64,000 bases of DNA, taken from contig OX597814.1 in NCBI GenBank assembly GCA_951406725.2, positions 185,008,001-185,072,000 on the forward strand, read 5' to 3'. Under the pieces are notes generated by a model. The model was given only the letters and a program-made list of their open reading frames with translations, had not been told where the DNA came from and made no database searches. Positions 53,365-64,000 of the stretch are shown here, piece after piece (position 1 is the first letter of the stretch; every line of letters starts with the position of its first letter). The DNA is from Octopus vulgaris (lineage: Eukaryota). A program made the position numbers and the translations under genes.

Positions 53365-53699
<335 letters not shown>

Positions 53700-54301
53700 A
53701 ATAGATTTCTATACTAAAATATTGCATTTTTTACGAGGTACACAGACACACTGACACACGCATATATAAATATAGGTTTTATATATGCATAAGCATAAAT
53801 ACATACTTACATCCATGCATCCATCCATCCATCCATCCATCCATCCATCCATACATACATACATACATACATACATACATACATGCATGCATACATGCAT
53901 ACGTGCATATATATGTAAAGTGATACAATTCTTTATAGATGATACATTATATCATTCTATCTCAGAGATTCTTACCAAGTTAATCAACTAATTAATTAAG
54001 CACTGTGGGACAATGGTTAAATATGTGAAATAAATATAGCTGGTGACGTTAATTGCATGCTGAGGTGGAAATATTATGCGGTGTATTAAAAGTAAGATTT
54101 AAGAATTTGTTTCTCGTTAAACTCTAGAGAATTTTTCACTGCGTAGGTAACAAAATACTGCCTAAAAACGAATCAGTCCACCGAGGGGAAAAGAAAATGT
54201 TAAGGAATGGTTCTCAACTGGAATCGATATGGCACTTGGTGTTTGGGTGGGGTGGTGGAGGGTTCACGTAACATTTTGCTGTTAATATTTGTGTGCAATG
54301 T

Positions 54302-54700
54302 AAGGCGGCGAGCTGGCAGAAACGTTAGCGCGCCGGACGAAATGCGTAGCCATATTTCGTCTGCCGATACGTTCTGAGTTCAAATTCCGTCGAGGTCGAC
54401 TTTGCCTTTCATCATTTCGGGGTCGATAAATTAAGTTCCAGTTGCTTACTATGGTCGATTTAATCGACTTAATCCATTTGTCTGTCCTTGTTTGTCCCCT
54501 CTGTGTTTAGCCCCTTGTGGGTAGTAAAGAAATAGGTATTTCGTCTGCCGTTACGTTCTGAGTTCAAATTCCGCCGAGGTCGACTTTGCCTTTCATCCTT
54601 TCAGGGTCGATAAAATACGTACCAGCTGCACACTTGGGTCGTTGTAATCGATTTACCGCTACCTCCAGAATTGCTGGCCTTGTGCCAGAATTTGAAACCA
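54302..54700 (+). mobile_element. SINE family B, dimeric, with imperfect TSD
   Basis: AATATTT(G/A)TGTGCAAT on both sides. Confidence 0.9.
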
Positions 54701-54774
54701 ATATTTATGTGCAATAATTTGGTTATACTTCTATAATAGACAAAATAATTAAATTATTTTGTACAATATCTATT

Positions 54775-55185
54775 CGTCGTCGTTGTCGGCGTTTTATTGT
54801 GTGTCCGCTAATTTATTTGGTTTCTCCTTGACCATTTCTCCTCTGTCTGTGTTTATGCCTCTCATGACTGAAGAGGCCAATTCTTGCATGGAAGCGTCTG
54901 TTGCAAAGTTCACAAGGGATCCGTGGTGGAGGCTTTGGTTGTTGCAGCCACCATTTTCTTTCTTGTTTCTCTTCCTCTTCCCTCTGTCGTTCGACTTCAA
55001 AATGGTCTGTTACTGTGGAGATGGAATGATGCCAGCCTGTCCTGAATTCCAACGTTCCAAGCTTTGGGATCGATTCCAGTCAGTTCTAGGCTTTGCTTCA
55101 GCTGATCCTTGTATCAACGGAGGAGACGGCCACAGAATCTTCTTCCAGTGGAATTTTATATGGTGAATACCGAATAATAGTTGAT
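54775..55185 (-). mobile_element. RTE-clade (BovB-like) LINE 3' end
   Basis: Reverse strand QLLFG..STGRRFCGRLLR*YKDQLKQSLELTGIDPKAW and ..FEVERQ..KQERK..PCELCNRRFHARIGLFSHERH (C2H2-like C-terminus); short (GAC) repeat tail. Confidence 0.8.
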
Positions 55186-55281
55186 TATAAAACATACCAT
55201 AGAATTTTTTAAACACTATAGGGTAGGTAATATGAAAGCTATCTTGGCTGAGGATGATACCCTATAATATTTCGGAATATG

Positions 55282-55487
55282 AAGGTGGCACGCTGGCAGA
55301 ATTGTTAGCAATTCAGGCTTAAGTACTTAACGGGATTATATCTATCTTTACGTTCGGGATCGACTTTGCCTTTCATTCTTTCGAGATCGATCATTTAAGT
55401 ACCACTTAAATTAAGCACCGGGGGTCGATTTAATCGACTTAACTCTCTCCTCGATATTGTTTGCCTTGTGCCAAAAGTGGAAACCAA
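55282..55487 (+). mobile_element. SINE family B, old copy with TSD
   Basis: GGAATATGAAGG on both sides. Confidence 0.75.
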
Positions 55488-55883
55488 TACTTTGGAATAT
55501 GAAGGACGCTTATCTGTAGGTTCGTTTCGTGCAGAGAAATTTCTGGTGGACCAGTTATTTCTTTAAACGGTCCTGAATGCGTGATGTATTGGTTTAATAA
55601 TAAAGATGTCCCAGATGATTTGAGGTAGCAAGCTATTGTTGATGACTTGAATTAAACAAACACATAAATGGTAACAAAAAAAGAGTATTTGACAATTATC
55701 TTTATATATGTGGATGCCTGTGAATCTAGAGACAGAGAAAAGAGAGAGAGACAGACATCCGCACACACCAATAAAAATACATAGATGCAAACAATTCCAT
55801 AGAGGCTCGTAGCCATTGCAAGCATGCTTACCTGATTATACAAAATAAAGAGGTACCTATATAATATATTCCAGTACACAAAA

Positions 55884-55932
<49 letters not shown>

Positions 55933-56132
55933 TCTATATACATATATATACATACATATATATACATATATATATACATATATATATACATATATATACA
56001 CATACATATATACATATATACATATATATATACATCTTTATTCACATATATATATACACATATATATATACATACATATATACACATACATATATACACA
56101 TACATACACATATATAAACATGCATGTTTATG

Positions 56133-56164
<32 letters not shown>

Positions 56165-56644
56165 CATGTATGTATCGGTATATCTATTGTGTGTGATTTG
56201 TGCTCGTGTGCACGAGCATGGACAAGGTTCTCTATACTTAATGGCTAAGGTAATGATTACTTCATATTTATTTAAACATCTACCATTTAATGTTTCAGTG
56301 AAGCCCGATTGCGTGCGCAGTTAACACCGCTATGACATAGTCTCTATACCAGTAGATAGTAAAAATTAATATCTAGTTAAAATTGCTGAAGACATTGATA
56401 ATGAATATGAAAATGTACGAAACATTAATGACTTGGAGTAATTTCCATCCGACATTTATTTACATATCTATCATATAACAATTATGTTGTTCGCAACATA
56501 TTTAATTGTTAATTCACATAGCTCATTTTCGGCTGTATTCTAACAATTTCGAGCACTCTAGGGAGAAGTTCATTTACAGCGCATTTTAGAGTGCTTATTT
56601 GTACACACACAAACACACACACACAAACATATATATATATATAT

Positions 56645-57460
56645 TCATTACAACACCTGTCTGTGTTCGGATTGTCTTTGCACAGAGGCCATCCGGACTT
56701 CCGCCTTCGCCTTGAACAGATATTAATCTTCTCTCTTCGATCCTTTGCGTCACATGGGCTCAACTCGCCTCCCCTCTACATCTGACTCCCCTTCTCTCCT
56801 CTCTTCATCTGACACCTACTTCCTCGCTTCACTCCTACCCACCTCTCCTCTCCTCTCTTGCCCTCATACCTACTTCCTCCCTTCACTCCTACCCACCTTC
56901 TCCATTGACACCCGTACCCCACATCCTCACATCACTCACACATCATCACCCCAAGTCCACAACCCACCCTCAAATCCTCACACACCAACACCGCTAAACC
57001 ACATACCACCAGGCCACCACACCACCCCATATCACTCCGCATACGATAGCACTGACCACTTCCCAGCTGCTACATCATCATCCACACACCCACACATTAC
57101 AGACGCAAACACTTACACACGTACACATCCACACGTCAAAATCACCAGCCCCTATCCACAATCACACATTCTCACAAACACACATACGCGTACCTTCGAT
57201 TTGAGATCACCAGTACTTTATTATCTCCTCTTTTTCTTAGCTCTCCTGTCTAACTACCTTTCTCCAACCAGTCTCCATGATTGATTGCTAACTCCATAAG
57301 TTTTTTTTATTCTCTATCTGTATATTTCATCGTGTTCCTTTCTGTTCAAGTGAGTAGGCTCGAAACGTAAAAGACTTTCTCACCTTTCCGAGCGTCAAAC
57401 TAATACACCTGCTTGTTGTTTATACACCTGGCTTCGTCTTTTGCTTTTTCTGTAAATTTC

Positions 57461-57463
<3 letters not shown>
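56645..57463 (+). mobile_element. Penelope-like element 3' end: GIY-YIG C-terminus, C-rich UTR, degenerate hammerhead
   Basis: LQHLSVFGLSLHRGHPDFRLRLEQILIFSLRSFASHGLN fits the PLE endonuclease end RxxxExxxIxxLxxxxPxGLN. HHR-like CTTT-CTGTTCAA-GTGAGTAGGCTC-GAAACGTA-AAAG at 57338-57373. Flanked by (TA)n and (TG)n. Confidence 0.78.
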
Positions 57464-57527
<64 letters not shown>

Positions 57528-57533
57528 TGTGTT

Positions 57534-57610
<77 letters not shown>

Positions 57611-58354
57611 ATGAAAATGCATTTAATACAATATAGTCAAATATTCTCTCATACCAATTAAAAAACGTTTAATTTTCAGATTTTTCTTTATGAGATCAAC
57701 CGAAGTAAACAATTCATAAATATACATTCCCAGCTGCTGAGTTCAAACAATATATAGAATACTGTTAAAAAATATGAAGTCATTAGAGTAGCTTGAACAA
57801 GTCTTAACTGGCTTCTTTAGTTTGAAGTATTTTTAAACAAAATTCTTCCTTTTAAATCCTAGCATATTGTATACCGCGACTGCTAAACTACTTTAGTAGT
57901 TATCTACTCTGAATTAAAACCAACGTTTAAAATAAATATCCGTTAATTTTCGTTCTAGATTTCATTTAATTTTACATTTTGTGTTTACATGGATATGAAA
58001 ATATATTAGCCAAGCTTAGTTATTAGTAAGCCGACGGATTAGAACGCAAATCAGCTGGTTTTACTCTCTGTTTTGGCGTGATCATACCAAATTTAATCTT
58101 TAATTTGGGAAATAGTTTCACACATTTTAGTTTTATGTAGGCAACCATTTAACTAATTAATCGTAAAGGAATTTTTTATACAATATTTTTAATGGTTTTA
58201 TTCATTTATTTAGGTATTTAATTTTCGTTCATAAAATTACTCTGGCATTTAATTGCGCTATTTCAAATATAGAATATCCTAGAAATGCTAGCATACAGAA
58301 ATTTGACACATACAGGTGGATGGAGCTCTTTCTTTTTTAAAAAAATATTCCATA

Positions 58355-58737
58355 GGCGTAGCTGTGGGGAAAGAAGTTTACTTCCCAACCACATGGTTTT
58401 GAGTTCAGTCCCATTGTATGGCACCTTGGGCAACTGTCTTCTACGATAGCCACGGGCAGACCGAAGACTTGTCAGTGTATTTGATAGACGGAAACCGAAA
58501 GAAGTGTGTGTGCGCGCGTGTTTCTATGGTTTTGTCTTCCATTTCCGCTTGACAACTAGTGTCGGTGGGTAAATTAGCCCGTAAATTAGCAGTTCGGCAA
58601 AAGAGACCGATAAAGTACCTGGCTCAAAAAAAAAAAAAAAAAGGAAATACTGGGGATGGTTCGTTTGACTAAAATTCTTCAAGGCGGTGCCCAAGCATGG
58701 CCGCAGTCTAATGACTGAAACAAATAAAAGGTAAAAG
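58355..58737 (+). mobile_element. SINE family A, older subfamily
   Basis: Colinear with A, more diverged. Confidence 0.85.
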
Positions 58738-59228
58738 AAATCTAAATGGTAAAACCTTAACACAGGAAGATTTAAGTTAGAACTTCAATCAATGCATACT
58801 AACCTTTCCTACTGATGTTCCTTTCAAAGAGCTTTCATTCATATAACTGTATCAGATAAAAGGCGCAAATATAAAACCCTGACCTCTCCACTCTGCTTCT
58901 TCTCGAATTTCTTGAAAAAACAACCACATGAACATATGTTTTTGACTAAACTAAATACTGTATCATATACAAATTCTTACAATTTTCTCTTTTATCCATA
59001 TATCATGCATATACTATCAAACACCATTTTTTTAGAGTTGTTTCTCTTTTCTTTTTTCGTTTTGCATATAAATGAAAGCTGAATAAAGTATCATGAATTT
59101 GTGTGATAGTCATTTTCAGTGTAAATTTCATATTTATCACTATTTTAACTCAATGCAGATGCAGTAATCGATTCTTATATGAGTCACTCATACAAAATAT
59201 CTACGTAAAAATATTATATTTATTTCTA

Positions 59229-59425
59229 AGGCGGCGAACTGGCAGAATCGTTAGCACGCCAGGCAAAATACAAATTGGCATTATGTACATCTTTACGTTC
59301 TGAGTTCAAATTACACCGAGGTCGACTTTGCCTTTCATCCTATCGAGTTCCCTAAATTGAGTACTGGAGTCGATCTAATCGACTGGCCTTCTCCCCGCCA
59401 AAAAAATTTGGGCCATGCGCCTAGA
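59229..59425 (+). mobile_element. SINE family B
   Basis: AAGGCGGCGAACTGGCAGAATCGTTAGCACGCC head. Confidence 0.85.
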
Positions 59426-59683
59426 GCACGTTCTGAATCAGAATTAAGAGGTTGGTTGGATTAAGTCGAAATTATGTGATTTCTACCAACAAGGTATTGA
59501 AAATTGTGTTGAACGTCGAGAAAAAGTTGTAAACAACAAGGGTGAATACATTATTGATTAATCAGTTATTTTTTATTAAACCTATTTAAAAATTTAAATT
59601 TAAAAAACGGCGGGAACTTAGTTGCCAACCTTATATATATATATATATATATTAGAAGGTTTGGAGATGCTGTACAGGTATTT

Positions 59684-59948
59684 TATATTAGAAGATATGA
59701 GGTACTCAGAAATTCGGATGGTTTTATGTTTACAGATATTTATTTGTATGTTACATGTTTTTATACATCATATATCATATATCATATATAAGCGCTTTCG
59801 TCCATTCTCGTGGAGTAGTCTTCAAATTGAACGAGAATGGACGAAAGCGCTTATATATAATATATGATATATGATGTATAAAAACATGTAACATACAAAT
59901 AAATATCTGTAAATATAAAACCATTCGAATTTCTGAGTACCTCATTTC

Positions 59949-59958
<10 letters not shown>
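59684..59958. repeat. ~128-bp-arm inverted repeat with 19-nt spacer between TA tracts
   Basis: 59684-59811 is complementary to 59831-59958 with few mismatches. Confidence 0.95.
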
Positions 59959-60002
<44 letters not shown>

Positions 60003-60003
<1 letters not shown>

Positions 60004-60305
60004 AAGACCCCATGAATAACAATGGGATTGCACTTAGAAAGTCCGGGCAAAGTTGTTTATGGAAGACTAGCAATTGCCCATCCATACCAGCCTCCCCTCT
60101 CCATCCCACCAATGTTATCCAAGGGAAAGGCAAAGGACGATACAGCTTGGCTCCACTGACTTCGCAACACATTTGTACAGATGAATGAAGTGGAGCAACG
60201 TGAAATAAAGTATCTTGCTCAAGAACACAACAAACAATCCAGCCCTGAAATCGGACTCACAACCTCATGATTGTGAGCCTGACGCTCTAACCACTGAGCC
60301 GAGGT
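60003..60305 (-). mobile_element. CORE-type SINE family F, full length
   Basis: Reverse strand GGCTCAGTGGTTAGAGCG (box A), GAGTCCGATTTC (box B-like), TGTTCTTGAGCAAGATACTT core. Confidence 0.8.
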
Positions 60306-60761
60306 GAGGGGATAAGAGAAAGTAGAAAAGAAATAGTAATACCAATGATAACTGGCATAAGACCATCAACATTTCATGATAATTTTAAACGACAAATGTA
60401 TCTGTGGTGATCGAAACTTTGGAGATAATGCTAAACTACATTCTTAATTTGTAAGACCAAAAACCAGGAAAACCAAAACTGCTAAAACAACAAAGAATTT
60501 TTCTCAGGGACACTACTCGCATGATTTGTAAAACACTATCAACCTGAGAATACCTGATTCTCTTCAAACACTTCCAAAATCGAAAATATAAATTTAACAG
60601 AATCTTAGTAACTGGAATCTAGTATCTTTTCTCTGTAACGTTCCAGTGTTAATCATTCGCTGATCGTAAATACACCGACAGTAGAACGTCCAAGTTGCTG
60701 TTACATATGGCTTCTGGAACAAACATGGAACAGGTCGTATGAAATAATGCAAAGACAACGA

Positions 60762-60831
<70 letters not shown>

Positions 60832-60882
60832 GGTGGTGGTGTTGGTGGTGGTGCTGGTGGTGGCAACAGCCACAATTGTTGT

Positions 60883-61086
60883 TATTTGAAATTTTGGCAC
60901 ATGGCCAGTAATTTGGGGAGAGGAGATTACATCAACCCCCAGTGTTTCACTGGTAGTTGATTTATTGACCCCGGAAGGATGAAAAGCAACGTCGACCTCG
61001 ATGGAATTTGAACTCAGAACATAAAGACAGATGGAATACCGCTAAGCATTTCGCTCGGCGTGCTAACGATCCTGCAGTTCGCCGCC

Positions 61087-61088
<2 letters not shown>
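60883..61088 (-). mobile_element. SINE family B
   Basis: Colinear with family B. Confidence 0.85.
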
Positions 61089-61126
<38 letters not shown>

Positions 61127-61164
61127 TAATAATAATAATGATAATAATAATAATAATAATGATG

Positions 61165-61228
<64 letters not shown>

Positions 61229-61257
61229 GTATAATAATAATAATAATAATAATAATA

Positions 61258-61816
61258 AATGCCCTGACGCAGTACCAGGCAGTGGCTCTCATGGCTTCTA
61301 ATCTTAACTGATTGGATGTGTCATCATGTACATTGTTTTTTCTTGGTATAAAAGATGGGCTACAGCAAATATTCTGCTCAATACCACAGATTTGCTTGTC
61401 AGTTGTTTGAGCTTAACCAGTTGAGCATGTCCCCTGGTGGCTGATGATATGTCCATCTCTGATCACGAGCAGAAGTAGTGGGGGAGCATCATAGCCATGT
61501 GCTGAGAGGAATTCTCTGTGGTTTGGATAATTCCCCCTTGAAAACATGGGTGTTTCGCTCATCATCTTTAAACAAACCTTATTCAGGGACCTTTTGAGCG
61601 GGATGGATTACTCAACCAGAAGAAAATTCTAACTGGGCCCCACCTGCAAGGTCATGCGCTGTTTATCTTGATATGGGATCACCATGTCGCGCACATATGG
61701 TTGTGATGCATGTGCCTGTTGTACCCTTATCAGACAGGTAGTCATGATGGGCATACTGGGCTTCGTATATTTTACCCCAGTGTTACTCTGATGGCATGCA
61801 CTGCTCTCTCATACTA
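61258..61816 (+). mobile_element. Family C element, full length, after (TAA)n
   Basis: AATGCCCTGACGCAGTACCAGGCAG...CACTGCTCTCTCATACTAATAAT. Confidence 0.9.
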
Positions 61817-61825
61817 ATAATTATA

Positions 61826-62012
61826 ATTCTTTCTACTGAGGGCACAAGGCCTTGAAATTTTGTGGGGAGGGGATTAGTTGATTACATCGACCACAGTGTT
61901 TCACTGGTATTCAATTTATCAAACTCGAAGCATGAACGGTAAAGTCGACCACGGCGAAATTTGAACTCAGAACATGAAGACAGGCAAAATGGCGTTAAGT
62001 ATTCCGCCGTCT
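61826..62012 (-). mobile_element. SINE family B, old copy
   Basis: Colinear with family B. Confidence 0.75.
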
Positions 62013-62014
62013 TC

Positions 62015-62109
<95 letters not shown>

Positions 62110-62112
62110 AAT

Positions 62113-62176
<64 letters not shown>

Positions 62177-62846
62177 TTAATAATAATAATAATTGAACAT
62201 TTCTTGAAATAGCAAAGAGAGTGTATTCTGTGGTGAAAATTTCAAAGCGAAAAGAAAACAAATTGGGAAAGAAGTATCGAGTGAGAAAGAGAGTCGGGAG
62301 AGAAAGAGATAAAGGAAGTTACAGAGAGAAAGAATGGTTCTGATGACAGGTGGTCAACAAGAAAGCGTTAGAAAGTAAATATCATAGCAAAGTGTCTAAA
62401 AAGAACAAAAACAGGGTAAAAGAGCCAGCACAGGCTGTTACATAGCTTTCAACAGAGCAGCGCCTTTAGAAGTAAAGCAATGATTTGGGTGTTGCAGTTT
62501 TGGGGAAATAAATATTGTTTGAAGTGAGTCAAGAACTGAAAAGAAAGTATTAAGCAGGGCTCTGTGAGAGATAGATGTGGAATATAAATAAAAAGAAAAA
62601 AATAAGGGACAAAAGAGTAAAAGAAGAATTATCTAGAATCTGTATGTGGAGAATGTAATTCATTAATTCAAACGTGTAATAGATATGACTGGGAATATCT
62701 GAGGAAGGTAGGTTGAGGAAAATCGCAGAAGCCTAATGTGTTTGCGCCTAAGCGCACGTGGGCGTTGTACGTGTATGTGCGTGTGTATATGCATGAGTGT
62801 AGATGTGTGTGCGCTGTGTGCGAATATATATATGTGTGTGTGTATG

Positions 62847-62898
<52 letters not shown>

Positions 62899-62899
<1 letters not shown>

Positions 62900-63259
62900 T
62901 AGCAGTATCGCCCGGCGTTGCTCGGGTTTGTAAGGGAAATAACTATATAAGCATTTTTAGAGAGTTATAGCCAAAAAGTAGCAAAAAAATGCATTAAAAA
63001 TGGGAAAAAAATGACGGTAAATTTTTTTTAAATCGTTGATTCATCGTAGACATTTTTAGAGAGTTACTTCCCTTATATAATAGCGAAAAAATGCATTAAA
63101 ACGGAAAAAAATGATGGTAAATTTTTTTTAAATCGTAGACTCATCGTAGACTCATTCTAATACCCAGAAGGGCTCGATATGAATCACGACTATAAGATAC
63201 CCGGTTTTGGTTAAACTGCACCGCAGTTGACAGACACACAACTTCTCTTTTATATATAA

Positions 63260-63262
<3 letters not shown>
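62899..63262 (-). mobile_element. Non-autonomous Helitron in (TA)n
   Basis: Reverse strand starts A|TCTTTATATATAAAAG and ends with hairpin CCCGAGCAACGCCGGG then CTAG|T; internal ~99-bp unit duplicated. Confidence 0.9.
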
Positions 63263-63303
<41 letters not shown>

Positions 63304-63350
63304 CTGTGTGTGTGTATGTGTGTGTATGTGTGTGTGTGTATATATATATA

Positions 63351-63535
63351 GGTGCAGGAGTGGCTGTGTGGTAAGTAGCTTGCCTACCAACCACATTGTT
63401 CCGGGTTCATTCCCACTGAGTGGCACCTTGGGCAAATGTCTTCTACAATACCCTCGGGCAGACCAAAGACTTGTGAGTGGATTTGGTAGACGGAAATTGA
63501 AAGAATCCCGTCGTATATATGTAAGTATATATATC

Positions 63536-63586
<51 letters not shown>

Positions 63587-63634
63587 CTGTGTTTGTCCTC
63601 CCAACATCGCTTCACAACCGATGCTGGTGTGTTT
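63351..63634 (+). mobile_element. SINE family A, 3'-truncated
   Basis: Head through GCTGGTGTGTTT. Confidence 0.9.
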
Positions 63635-64000
63635 CAGTCATTTGACTTTGGCGATGCTGGAGCACCGCCTTTAGTCGAGCAAATCAACCCCAGGACTTAT
63701 TCTTTGTATGCCCAGTACTTATTCTATCGGTCTCTTTTGCCGAACCGCTACGTTAAGGGAACGTAAACACGCCAGCATCGATTGTCAAGCGTTGTTGCTG
63801 GGACAATCACAGCCACACAAACACACACACACATACATATATACATATATACGACGGGCTTCTTTCAGTTTCCATCTGCCAGATCCACTCACAAGGCTTT
63901 GGTCGGCCCGAGGCTATAGTAGAAGACACTTGCCCAAGGTGCCATGCAGTGGGACTGAACCCGGAACCATGTGATTGGTAAGTAAGCTACTCACCACACA
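63630..64000 (-). mobile_element. SINE family A, runs off window end
   Basis: Tail TGTTTCAGTCATTTGAC fused directly to the opposite-strand copy. Confidence 0.9.

Noticed and set aside
61258-61330. U2 snRNA-like or HDV-ribozyme-like 5' end of family C
   Set aside because: Only a short CCTGGTACTGCA resemblance and a simple hairpin; the full fold could not be built by eye.

Overview
AT-rich, gene-poor animal genomic DNA, probably intronic or intergenic. The SINE families and extreme (TA)n/(TAA)n/(TATG)n/(GATA)n content suggest a coleoid cephalopod such as Octopus; this is inference, not a database result. No host protein-coding exon could be supported: most listed ORFs are microsatellite or SINE translations and the rest are transposon relics. 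Contents: (i) tRNA-headed SINE families, labelled A, B, E and F here, some with clear target-site duplications (TSDs); (ii) a ~550-bp non-coding element (C) found only in (TAA)n-type tracts, alongside R4/Dong-clade LINE relics; (iii) Penelope-like (PLE) material: a GIY-YIG C-terminus and several minimal hammerhead-ribozyme (HHR) motifs, often in fold-back inverted repeats at microsatellites; (iv) mariner, maT, hAT-like, Helitron, Gypsy and RTE relics. The most interesting candidate is a tRNA-headed, hammerhead-carrying element arranged as a zero-spacer head-to-head palindrome (13015-13805). Next are the TAA-targeted family C, including a copy with an apparent ~250-bp TSD, and a templated insertion at 40.4-40.9 kb. 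Boundaries of degraded elements are approximate and all counts were made by eye.
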